IMG/VR virus record: IMGVR_UViG_3300005782_000717
Reading direction: 5' to 3' (one strand)
Source: an uncultured virus (IMG/VR IMGVR_UViG_3300005782_000717)
Taxonomy: Duplodnaviria; Heunggongvirae; Uroviricota; Caudoviricetes
Length of the DNA: 20,000 nucleotides
The notes under the pieces are model-generated. The model ran no database searches and was not told the DNA's origin. It saw only the letters and a list, made by a program, of their open reading frames with translations. Each line of letters starts with the position of its first letter. Position 1 is the first letter of the stretch. The position numbers and the translations under genes are program-made. Of this stretch, positions 7,672 through 15,370 are shown one piece after another.

Positions 7672-8427
7672 TCATCCGAACACCCCCTTTGATCTCTGCA
7701 CGTCCTGAAAGAGTCTGGAGAGGTCATCGCACCACCAGGGCGGCAGACTATTCTTTGTCTGAGAGAAGCTAAAGTCGTCGAAATCCAGCACCAGGGCAGC
7801 CTTCTTCCTAGCGACCATACCCTTGATGCCGGCAAAGAAGTCATAGGCTCTCATCGAGAAGTCGCTCACCTCGTCTCTCTCGAAGAGCTGGTGGGCATAG
7901 GTTGGTTTTTTCCAGATAATGCGGTTGACTTCCGTAATAACATTCAGGTCCAGCTTGCGGGAGTGGTGAGCGATGAAGATTATTAGCTGCTCTCTCTGCC
8001 CGGAGATACTGATAAGGTCGTCGAGCTCCACGGCGTCGCTGCTCTGGGTGCGCCGGGCGTGGGCGGTTTGGGCCGCCTCGTCGTAGATGACCACCGACCT
8101 CTTGGGCCACGCATTGCGGCTGGAAACCACACTCATCCAATTGGGTAGAAGCCGGCCGATTTTCCGCTTGGTATTCTCCGGGACTACCTCAGGCATGTTC
8201 ACCACCGTGGGCAGGCCCAGCCGGGCATGTACCTGGTTGGCTATTTCATGGGCGATGCCGGTCTTACCCATCCGCCTGTCCCCCATGATGAGGATAAGAC
8301 CAGGGAACGGAAGCGCATGATACAGCGGAACTTTAGGCGGCACCTGCAGCACAATCTTGGCATACTCCTCAGCCTTCTCCTTCCGGTAGCGTTTGAGTTT
8401 CTCAGTCCATGATGTTTTAGGTGTCAT
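7672..8427 (-). CDS. P-loop ATPase, FtsK/HerA superfamily (Zot/packaging-ATPase-like)
   Basis: Walker A GDRRMGKT, Walker B VVIYDEA, followed by AR...IIFIAH....LD. Confidence 0.75.
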   Translation of the reverse strand: MTPKTSWTEKLKRYRKEKAEEYAKIVLQVPPKVPLYHALPFPGLILIMGDRRMGKTGIAHEIANQVHARLGLPTVVNMPEVVPENTKRKIGRLLPNWMSVVSSRNAWPKRSVVIYDEAAQTAHARRTQSSDAVELDDLISISGQREQLIIFIAHHSRKLDLNVITEVNRIIWKKPTYAHQLFERDEVSDFSMRAYDFFAGIKGMVARKKAALVLDFDDFSFSQTKNSLPPWWCDDLSRLFQDVQRSKGVFG

Positions 8428-8670
8428 TTACCCCCCTTTCCTTATAAGCTTAATTACCTTGGCGTGTATACGGGCATTGAAATTCGCCGCCTTCTCACGG
8501 AGATGGGTAACCTCGGCGCCGACGGCTTTGCAGGCCTTCTTCTCCAGATAGTTACAGGCCTCGACTCTGACGCACCTCACAGCTCCGAAGAACCGAGCCG
8601 GTGACCAGCAGTTAAGCCCCAACTCCTTCATGGTGACTATAGCGACCTTGGGTCCGATTTCTTTTGGCAT
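8428..8670 (-). CDS. Hypothetical Cys-rich protein
   Basis: ATG 8670 follows a GGGGGT RBS; CWS...C..V..C.....KAC pattern. Confidence 0.65.
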   Translation of the reverse strand: MPKEIGPKVAIVTMKELGLNCWSPARFFGAVRCVRVEACNYLEKKACKAVGAEVTHLREKAANFNARIHAKVIKLIRKGG

Positions 8671-9920
8671 TTTAACCCCCACATTATAGCTAATCCGCCA
8701 AGGCCAACTTGACATAAGTTATTTTGCTTGTGTATCACCACCATCCGGGAATTTACGCCGGTCTGGCGGAATGCCTCGGCTCCCTGGAAAGCGCCCGGGT
8801 CCAGACGGAAACTGGCGCCGCCGACCTCCCCAAGCCAGTCCCGGAACATCTGTGCTTTTACCTCGCTCCGGAAGAAGGGGCTCTCGGACATGATGGCCAC
8901 CAGGTGGCCACCGGGTTTCAGGTTGCAGTAGGCATGCCGAACATGGTTGACATCCTGAAACTTCTCGAAGGGTGGGTTCATCAGGATGCGGTCATATTCC
9001 CCGAAGTGTTTTAGGAAGTCCTCTTCCCTAACGTCAAAGCCCTTTAGCTGCAGTATCTTGCCCAGGGTATGGCTTACCTCAATAACGGTCAGCGGATTGT
9101 CCCGGTGCTCTCTCCGGATGGCCTCGGCAATATCGCCTTTGCCGGCGGATGGTTCCAGGACGGTCATGCCCGGCGCTATTTGCGCCAGCTGCAGCATCTG
9201 GTTTATTACCAGTGCCGGCGTGGGGAAGAAGCCGGGTATCTTGGTGCCGATGAGGGAGTACTCCAAGTCCCGGAGTTCCTTCTCCTTCGAGCGGTCGGGT
9301 ATGCTCCGGAGATATCCCCGGGCCGCCTCATGGGCCAACTGCCACTTCTCTTCGCTGGTGATGCCGGCTTGCATCAGGCGCAGGTCGGTATTCAGACCTG
9401 GTAATGCTCCATTGAGATAGACGCCCGGGTGGTTCTCCGCTTCCCGGACAAGTAAAATCATCGCCTTGATGCTGGCCTGGCTGGGCAGTTCCAGGAAACC
9501 GTCGGGCTTCTCTTTCTGCCGGAGCCGGACGATACACCGGCGAGCCGCCTGCAGGTCCCATTTCCCCAGGGTGACCTTCAGGACATCCCGAACCGTGGAA
9601 ATATGCAGTCCCGGCCGGTGATAGGCATTGACCAGCAAGCGCTCGACCATGCCCCTGGTGGTGATGCCCCGGAGCACCCTGGGGAGCTGGCGAGCCTCGA
9701 TATCGTCGGCCATGCCGGCCATGATTGTCTGCAACTGCTCCATGTAATCGGCGTCGCCCGCCATCGATGTCGCTATCCGGGCACGGCGGGCCGTCAGATT
9801 CTGATGGGCGATAGCAGGGTTTCGCTTGGCGTCAATCTGCCCCTGCAGGGAAGCGGCAGACTTCCGGAAAGCGGCCGCCTGCTTCTCCCGTTTCGCCCGG
9901 GCTGGGCTAATTTTCTTCAT
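8637..9920 (-). CDS. Class I SAM-dependent (N6-adenine) DNA methyltransferase with an N-terminal extension
   Basis: FFPTP (motif X), VLEPSAGKG (motif I), MNPPF (motif IV), F..TGV. The ATG at 9920 has an AAGGAGG RBS. Confidence 0.85.
   Translation of the reverse strand: MKKISPARAKREKQAAAFRKSAASLQGQIDAKRNPAIAHQNLTARRARIATSMAGDADYMEQLQTIMAGMADDIEARQLPRVLRGITTRGMVERLLVNAYHRPGLHISTVRDVLKVTLGKWDLQAARRCIVRLRQKEKPDGFLELPSQASIKAMILLVREAENHPGVYLNGALPGLNTDLRLMQAGITSEEKWQLAHEAARGYLRSIPDRSKEKELRDLEYSLIGTKIPGFFPTPALVINQMLQLAQIAPGMTVLEPSAGKGDIAEAIRREHRDNPLTVIEVSHTLGKILQLKGFDVREEDFLKHFGEYDRILMNPPFEKFQDVNHVRHAYCNLKPGGHLVAIMSESPFFRSEVKAQMFRDWLGEVGGASFRLDPGAFQGAEAFRQTGVNSRMVVIHKQNNLCQVGLGGLAIMWGLKCQKKSDPRSL
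8681..8717 (-). promoter_or_regulatory. Bipartite motif copy 1: TTATGTCAA-N11-CGGATTAGCTATAATGT
   Basis: Matches 14515..14551 at 25 of 26 arm positions with the same 11-nt spacer; contains TATAAT just upstream of an RBS. Confidence 0.65.
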
Positions 9921-9948
9921 ATTGCTATTCCTCCTTGAAATCGCTGAT

Positions 9949-10077
9949 TTAGCTTTTATTTTGGCAGTGTATGTATGCCGAGTATGTCTTGTGTAGATGT
10001 CCCTTATGGCAACGATAGGGTAATCCGGTTGGCATGGTATTCGCCTCGGTTTTCCCACTAGTAGTTACATTAGCCAT
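9949..10077 (-). CDS. 42-aa Cys/His peptide not in the ORF track
   Basis: Hand-translated MANVTTSGKTEANTMPTGLPYRCHKGHLHKTYSAYIHCQNKS; GGGGGTGA RBS. Confidence 0.55.
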   Translation of the reverse strand: MANVTTSGKTEANTMPTGLPYRCHKGHLHKTYSAYIHCQNKS

Positions 10078-10537
10078 TTCTCACCCCCTTACCTTCGGAG
10101 TCATAGATATCAGTAGTCTTTGCTCTGGTAACCTTACCCAGGGCTTTGTAGTCTTGTGGAGTAGCAGGGACTCCCAATCCTATGCGGCGATAGGTACGAG
10201 GAGCCATCCAGAAAGCCCTTTCCTTACCATTCTTCCCCCTGAAAATAACCTTCACCCGGCCGTTGTGTTGGAGGGCAGCGCATCGGAGTAGCTTCCCTGA
10301 GTTGAGAATTTCTTGCTTTCTCGCTTCCGCTTGCTCAAACCGTAGATGATTAGCTTCACAGTCGCCATGCTCTCTGTGGTACGCTTTGCTCACATACTCC
10401 GGATGCTCACGCTTGCATTTCTGGCATAGTGCAACCGGCGGACACCAGCCAAAGGGACAGCGGTTCTTTCTTACCCCGCCGCTACTACTGCAGACATCAC
10501 AGCAAAGTTTCCCATCTGCGTCATAAGAATATCCCAT
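10070..10537 (-). CDS. Hypothetical Cys-rich protein
   Basis: CCDVC...CPFGWC....CQKC; GGGGGTGA RBS before ATG 10537. Confidence 0.75.
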   Translation of the reverse strand: MGYSYDADGKLCCDVCSSSGGVRKNRCPFGWCPPVALCQKCKREHPEYVSKAYHREHGDCEANHLRFEQAEARKQEILNSGKLLRCAALQHNGRVKVIFRGKNGKERAFWMAPRTYRRIGLGVPATPQDYKALGKVTRAKTTDIYDSEGKGVRNG

Positions 10538-10539
10538 GG

Positions 10540-10821
10540 TCACCCCCTTTCCTTACCGTCTGTGGCAAGTTTTGGCCATGAGCAGTCGCAGGAAATAAGC
10601 TGGCGGCCACACTTCGGGCATCGTTCAACATCACAACCTTGGTGATGTATTTTGCCATGCTTGGCTCCACAGTCATGGCACCGTCCGGACGGCTCTCCAA
10701 AGTGCTCGACGGACCGAGGGTAGGATTTCCCCTCACTATCGACCAAATAGTTATAGGTGCACCCATCAGCCTCGAGCATGTCCTGTTTACAATCTGGGCA
10801 GATTGCCCCCATAATATTCAC
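10540..10821 (-). CDS. Cys/His-rich Zn-binding small protein
   Basis: CPDC...CHDCG....HH.GCD.ERCP.C..QLISCDC. Confidence 0.8.
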   Translation of the reverse strand: MNIMGAICPDCKQDMLEADGCTYNYLVDSEGKSYPRSVEHFGEPSGRCHDCGAKHGKIHHQGCDVERCPKCGRQLISCDCSWPKLATDGKERG

Positions 10822-11270
10822 CCCCTTATACTGGCTTTAAGGCCATGTTTCGACAATAACGCCCTAGCTCGCAGGACATCAGTATCTCTCTGTGTGCTGG
10901 TTGACTTCGCCGCTAGGTTGGGTATGTACTTTCGGGCTACCACGCACATGGCCCGGTTGATGTCGTGGTAATCGCTCGTACCGTCCCAGGCTATCCACCC
11001 GATTCCGCCATACTCCACACTTTGGGGTAGCCCATTCCTGTCATCAAACTGCGAGAGGAATCGAACGGTATCCTCCCCCTCTTCAAAGTATGTAGAGTAG
11101 AAGCCGGCCAGGTCATAATGGGCTATGAAGGAGCAATGCTGGATTAGGTGATGATATAGACTCTTGGTAAACTTCTCCCGCTGCAGGCCGCTCTTGAGAA
11201 AGAGCTCCCACTGCCGGAGGACTTTGCGCTTTTCAAGCGCAGTCATAAATTTGGTATCCTTGAACTCCAT
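10818..11270 (-). CDS. Hypothetical protein
   Basis: 150 aa, AGGAGG RBS, aromatic-rich LYHHL..HCSFIAHY....FY..YF core. Confidence 0.8.
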   Translation of the reverse strand: MEFKDTKFMTALEKRKVLRQWELFLKSGLQREKFTKSLYHHLIQHCSFIAHYDLAGFYSTYFEEGEDTVRFLSQFDDRNGLPQSVEYGGIGWIAWDGTSDYHDINRAMCVVARKYIPNLAAKSTSTQRDTDVLRARALLSKHGLKASIRG

Positions 11271-11284
11271 GCTTCTATCCCTCC

Positions 11285-11488
11285 TTATGTATGTATGTAG
11301 TAGCCTTTGCTACGCAGGATATCTACGACCTTTTGAAAGTCAGGTGCAGGCATCTTCTTTGTCCGGTAGTGAATATCGGAGTAGAAGATGTCACCTTGCC
11401 AGTGCTTGCCGAAGGCATCAAAGGGCTGTAGCCGCCCCTTGGCTAACTCCTCGGCTATCTCCTCTGGAGGTTGCCTTATCTTATTCAA
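11285..11488 (-). CDS. Hypothetical protein
   Basis: 67 aa, GGGGTGA RBS, TTG start. Confidence 0.7.
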   Translation of the reverse strand: MNKIRQPPEEIAEELAKGRLQPFDAFGKHWQGDIFYSDIHYRTKKMPAPDFQKVVDILRSKGYYIHT

Positions 11489-11501
11489 CTTTCACCCCTT
11501 C

Positions 11502-11681
11502 TTAATCTATCTCTTTGAAATCGCAGATGTGCACGACCTTGTAGTTGTCATTGCCGGCGTCGCTCACGATAACGGAGGACTTTTTCCCGACAACCGCAAA
11601 GTACCGGCTGTCCTCCTCGGCGCCGCAGAGCTTTTGCAGCTCGTCGCCGGTATAGGTTTCCCCTACCTTCAGTTTGGCCAC
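11502..11681 (-). CDS. 59-aa hypothetical protein not in the ORF track
   Basis: Hand-translated MAKLKVGETYTGDELQKLCG...HICDFKEID; GGAGGT RBS; fills the gap in the array. Confidence 0.7.
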   Translation of the reverse strand: MAKLKVGETYTGDELQKLCGAEEDSRYFAVVGKKSSVIVSDAGNDNYKVVHICDFKEID

Positions 11682-11696
11682 GCTTTACCTCCCTTT

Positions 11697-11879
11697 TTAT
11701 TCCTGGTTCACCCAGGTTGCTTTAGCGTCGCAGTTGGCACAGAACGCCAATACCATCTCCCCATCGGTGGGGTCGGCCTCGACGACGTTGCCGTTCTCGT
11801 CCATGACCCCCAGCCTCTGGTAAGTGACGTCGTACTTGGTCTGGTCTGTGCAATCCGGTTCGTGATTGCAAACCCACAT
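11697..11879 (-). CDS. Small Zn-ribbon-like protein
   Basis: 60 aa, C....C...CANC; GGAGGTGA RBS. Confidence 0.7.
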   Translation of the reverse strand: MWVCNHEPDCTDQTKYDVTYQRLGVMDENGNVVEADPTDGEMVLAFCANCDAKATWVNQE

Positions 11880-11891
11880 AGTTCACCTCCC

Positions 11892-12257
11892 TTATGCGTA
11901 TTTCCGTGGCTTCAGCACCACGACTGTTTTGGGTGCGCTGGGCACCCATGCCCTGTTGACCAGAGTGAAGAAGCTGTAATTCTGCCTTGGCTTCCTGAAT
12001 GATGTTCGGTAGTGCCCATCCCCCTGCTTTCTGTTTACCCTCTGGACAGTCTCGACTTCGAGCTTGCCGTTGGCTCTGATGAGGATGTCGGGGTAAGGCA
12101 TGAGCTGGAGGAGACGGCGGAGCTGGGCAGCCCCCACGCTTACCTTGCCGAACTCGACTATATCGCCCGCCTTGAGGGCTTTAATCAAGTCGGCGTTCCA
12201 GAAGACCCAGCCATCCCCCTTCTTCCTCGCCCACGGACGCTGGACTGTACGCTTCAA
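11892..12257 (-). CDS. Basic hypothetical protein
   Basis: 121 aa with AGGAGGTGA RBS. Confidence 0.7.
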   Translation of the reverse strand: MKRTVQRPWARKKGDGWVFWNADLIKALKAGDIVEFGKVSVGAAQLRRLLQLMPYPDILIRANGKLEVETVQRVNRKQGDGHYRTSFRKPRQNYSFFTLVNRAWVPSAPKTVVVLKPRKYA

Positions 12258-12269
12258 AGGTCACCTCCT

Positions 12270-12470
12270 TTATTCAGTTTTTCTAACGGTATCGGCCTCC
12301 CGCCACGGCTCTAGGGTAGGTATAAACTCCTCGGTGAAGTCCCCCTCCCTCTTGTTGTGCCGACGGGCGGCCTCTTCTCTGGCTGCCTCAAGCGCCTGGC
12401 CCTCGTCAGGCGCATCGACTGAGACAGTGATGTACCCAGAGTAGTAGATGTCTACGTCGAACTTAGGCAT
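12270..12470 (-). CDS. DpnD/PcfM-like small protein
   Basis: F.V.I......TV.V.A.DE..A...A pattern. Confidence 0.6.
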   Translation of the reverse strand: MPKFDVDIYYSGYITVSVDAPDEGQALEAAREEAARRHNKREGDFTEEFIPTLEPWREADTVRKTE

Positions 12471-12481
12471 AATAACCCCCC

Positions 12482-12718
12482 TTAAGCAGGTTCCTTCGCC
12501 TGCAGCTTTTTGGCTTCCTCGACCTCACGGATGGCATCGTCGATGAACAGGTCTATAGTCGTAGCCATGTCGCCGAAGTCCATCGCCTCAATCTTGTGGA
12601 TGACCTTTTCCACGACTTCGGGCGTTAGCTCGCTCTCATCACGACTATAGCTCTCCGCAGTCAGGAAGATGTCCTCTACCGTTATGCGATAGACGGTCTC
12701 ATTCATGTCCCTAGCCAC
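12482..12718 (-). CDS. Acidic hypothetical protein
   Basis: 78 aa, D/E-rich, GGGGGTGA RBS. Confidence 0.7.
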   Translation of the reverse strand: MARDMNETVYRITVEDIFLTAESYSRDESELTPEVVEKVIHKIEAMDFGDMATTIDLFIDDAIREVEEAKKLQAKEPA

Positions 12719-12808
12719 AGCTCACCCCCTTGTTTAGATTTGGGGCTTAACACCCCACGGCTCCCCAGCTCTTAGAGCTGGGGAGGTAGTCGGGCGTCTA
12801 GCCACTAT

Positions 12809-13096
12809 TCAATAGTCTATAAAATCGTTGTCAAGAAAGTCATAGTCCTTAGTACCGCAGTTAGCACAGTAAGGCTTATCACTATCTCCAGAAGAAGGCT
12901 GCTTATCATATTGCTTCGTTTCCTCATTCCAGACCCATGCGAGGAAGTCAAGCTGTGTCTCCTCAACCCTATTCAGCGGCTGCCCACAGTGGATACAGCG
13001 AGGCTGTCTCCCTTCGGCCGTGGCCAGCTTGAATTCCTCCGCCATTGTCTCAGGTAGACCTGCTGGAATGGGGTCAGCACTTAATGCTCCCCCCAT
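12809..13096 (-). CDS. Zn-ribbon protein
   Basis: CIHCG...CANCG; AAGGAGG RBS. Confidence 0.75.
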   Translation of the reverse strand: MGGALSADPIPAGLPETMAEEFKLATAEGRQPRCIHCGQPLNRVEETQLDFLAWVWNEETKQYDKQPSSGDSDKPYCANCGTKDYDFLDNDFIDY

Positions 13097-13177
13097 AAAT
13101 TCCCTCCTTCATTTATTTGGAGCTAACCGCCCCACGGCTGGAGGCAAAGCTGCCCTTGCCCCCAGAGTGTCAGGCCT

Positions 13178-13369
13178 CTAGCTGCCGATTGCGACGGCGC
13201 CGATGACTTGGTACTTCTGGCCGGTGCTGGCGTCCATCACCTGCCCGAAGAACCCCTGCTTCCCAGTGCTGAAGGTCTTGGCATAGGCGGATAAGACGAC
13301 GAGCTGGGCGATGGCCAGCCTCTCAGCCTTGGGCTTCTTGACCTCAGGTGCCCCGTTATTCTTTTTCAC
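13178..13369 (-). CDS. Hypothetical protein
   Basis: 63 aa, KTFSTGKQGFFGQ motif. Confidence 0.7.
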   Translation of the reverse strand: MKKNNGAPEVKKPKAERLAIAQLVVLSAYAKTFSTGKQGFFGQVMDASTGQKYQVIGAVAIGS

Positions 13370-13397
13370 CCTGTGTTAGTCCCCCTTCGTTTTATTC

Positions 13398-13712
13398 TCA
13401 AGCGTGTGCCAGCTGTAGCACTGTCGCCTTGAGTCGTTTTATAGTGTCCCTGTTAAACCCGTCGAGGTAGGTATTCAAGTCGAGGGTTCGAGACTTGGGC
13501 AATCCGTTTGGAGTACGTGAAAGCAGTCGAGGTCTTAGCGTCCCCTTCCCAGCCGGATACATCCCGACGACATGGCCACGGTAGGTTACAAACTTGGATG
13601 GCTTGACGGTCTGGCTGGCTTTGCTTAGCTTGTCAACTCTCTGTTGACATTGAGTGCAAAACCCAGTCCCCTTCCGGCTGGGACGCTCTTCGCATATGAT
13701 GCACTTAGTCAT
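13398..13712 (-). CDS. Zn-finger hypothetical protein, first gene of the small-gene array
   Basis: CIIC...CTQC; GGGGG RBS. Confidence 0.75.
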   Translation of the reverse strand: MTKCIICEERPSRKGTGFCTQCQQRVDKLSKASQTVKPSKFVTYRGHVVGMYPAGKGTLRPRLLSRTPNGLPKSRTLDLNTYLDGFNRDTIKRLKATVLQLAHA

Positions 13713-13794
13713 GGCGTCCCCCTTCGTGATGGCTTATGCCACCAGCCCCACCCACTAGCCGGAGCTAGTGGGCAGAGTGGTAGTATAAACAAGT

Positions 13795-14517
13795 TTCCCC
13801 CTGCCAGAAGCAGAGGGTCTGTGCTCTAGCCTTACTCAACTCACGTTGACAGTCACGCTGGACGTACGACAAACCCACTCTTGACATTTGAGAGCGGACT
13901 TCTCCCGTGCTCGGTTACAGCCTAAGGGTCTTGCTACCGCCCCTGCCAGTCGTTTTGAGCCTCGCCCCGCTTATCCCACGTAGCCTCTACATAAGGGCGT
14001 AGGGAGAGCATAGGCCCACCGGTGCCGGCCGCGCTGCGTTCTCTTGGGGGTGGGGGTTGCCCACCACAGCCGTTGCACGAGCTGCGCTTGTCGTGCCAGT
14101 GCTCCCAGTTACGGAGGGAACGTGGCAATTACCCGCCGACCCCTTTAACGTCTGGGTATGACGGACATATAGCCAGCGTATGTCAGGCCGTGCTGATTTA
14201 GGCCAGCAAGTCCCCCTATATTACCTTCAATAGGGTTAGGGCTGGGACTGCCGCCTTATCCCGTGGGGTCTGTGTTTCCTTTACCTTAAGCCCAGCTTCC
14301 GGCCACAGTTCCCTCGGTGTCCCCTGGTCCGGATGAGTTGGTTAGCATGACACCCTACGACCCCCGCAAGGTAAACCTCACCAGCCCCGAATAAACGGAG
14401 TGCGGGCGTAGGGTCGTTTTCCCTTCTCACCTTATCTCAAGGGATGAGCGACATTGTAGGGGGGGAATAGCAGAAGCGGCCGAACTAACGCCCAGCCGCC
14501 TCTAAAATCCCCCTACA
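13795..14517 (-). ncRNA. Candidate large structured non-coding RNA or leader, family unrecognised
   Basis: About 720 nt without a credible ORF in otherwise gene-dense DNA; many nested helices containing G-U pairs on the - strand; begins at the bipartite motif. Boundaries are approximate. Confidence 0.6.
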
Positions 14518-14551
14518 CTATAGCTAATCCGTTAACCTTTAATTGACATAA
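14515..14551 (-). promoter_or_regulatory. Bipartite motif copy 2: TTATGTCAA-N11-CGGATTAGCTATAGTGT
   Basis: Near-identical to 8681..8717; overlaps the stop codon of the sigma-like gene. Confidence 0.65.
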
Positions 14552-15117
14552 CTTGCTAAAACTGTTGGCCTGCTGCCAACCCACTTATTGAGCATTATGC
14601 GCTCACCACCTGTTATTGACTTCCCTATCAATCGCTTGTCTACAATGCTTTTTATCCAATAAGGCAATTGGTCATATAAAGCTTTACCATCCAACTCTCC
14701 ATTGAGCTTTCGCTCAAACTCTACCTCACCGACTATCAACTCACCATAAGGCACTTGATTACCCTCACCGTCCTCGACTACACTATCGAGGCTATAATGC
14801 TGCCTTATTTTGTATTTACTCCACCAATTCTGCCAATCGCATCTAGCCACTGCATAGGCTAAACGCTCATCTGTGGCTTTAGTTTTGAGCACTGCCAGTG
14901 CCAGTTCTTGGAATAAGTCTTCACGCTCTGGCTTTGGCACTTTACGACTGAAGACAAAAGCGGACTTTAGCGCCAGTTTAGCGCTAGTTGGCATGGCTTT
15001 AATTGCCTCGATATAACTCTCTACCCTCTCTCTAAACTCTTCCCCTTCAACTGGGAGGGCACTGCAAAGCATTTTAGCTATATCCCTATAAGTAACCTTT
15101 AAGAATGATTTACTCAT
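14539..15117 (-). CDS. Sigma70-family-like RNA polymerase sigma factor with a divergent or short region 4
   Basis: EREDLFQELALAVL (region 2-like), LAYAVAR, YSLDSVVEDGEG (region 3.2-like), LYDQLP...IV..R..G (start of region 4). ATG 15117 follows a GGGGG RBS. Confidence 0.65.
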   Translation of the reverse strand: MSKSFLKVTYRDIAKMLCSALPVEGEEFRERVESYIEAIKAMPTSAKLALKSAFVFSRKVPKPEREDLFQELALAVLKTKATDERLAYAVARCDWQNWWSKYKIRQHYSLDSVVEDGEGNQVPYGELIVGEVEFERKLNGELDGKALYDQLPYWIKSIVDKRLIGKSITGGERIMLNKWVGSRPTVLASYVN

Positions 15118-15269
15118 GATAAAACCCCCTTTGTTTTTTTGATAGGGATTAGCTATAGTTCGAGGTCTCAATATTAAATTTTTAACGTGCTCCGGCTGGC
15201 TAGGCCGACAATCTCATTTGAGATTGATACTTTTTAGCTTTAACCTCCAATTTTTGAAGCTATATCTAT

Positions 15270-15299
15270 ATTATAAGCATATTTTATTCTATTTGTCAA
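15270..15299 (-). promoter_or_regulatory. Consensus sigma70 promoter upstream of the sigma-like gene
   Basis: TTGACA (15299-15294), 18-nt spacer, TATAAT (15275-15270) in a very AT-rich intergenic region. Confidence 0.75.
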
Positions 15300-15370
15300 G
15301 ATACTTTTAGTAAAGTATTTTTCTCAATTGAGTAAATAAGCTAATCCGAATGTAAACAGTATTAAACTCA

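Noticed and set aside
8707..8734. TTATGTCAAGT looks like a XerD arm of a dif/pdif site (also near 14541-14551)
   Set aside because: No matching XerC-like inverted arm 6 bp away in either copy; conservation extends instead to the GGATTAGCTATA side.
10010..10027. CGGATTACCCTATCG as a further copy of the GGATTAGCTATA motif
   Set aside because: Several mismatches, no TTATGTCAA arm, and it lies inside a plausible 42-aa ORF.
9921..10058. N-terminal 46-aa extension of the methyltransferase given in the ORF track
   Set aside because: A strong AAGGAGG RBS precedes ATG 9920, and the extension overlaps a separate small ORF with its own RBS.
12738..13177. Intergenic repeats as a CRISPR array or integron attC sites
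   Set aside because: Copies are few, degenerate and separated by whole genes; no cas genes; no RYYYAAC/GTTRRRY attC ends recognised.
13897..13907. GGGAGAAGTCC on the - strand resembles RNase P RNA GAGGAAAGUCC
   Set aside because: It lies near the 3' end of the region and I found no matching 3' P4 consensus.
13934..14128. 64-aa ORF inside the structured region
   Set aside because: TTG start without an RBS, low-complexity translation, and overlap with predicted helices.
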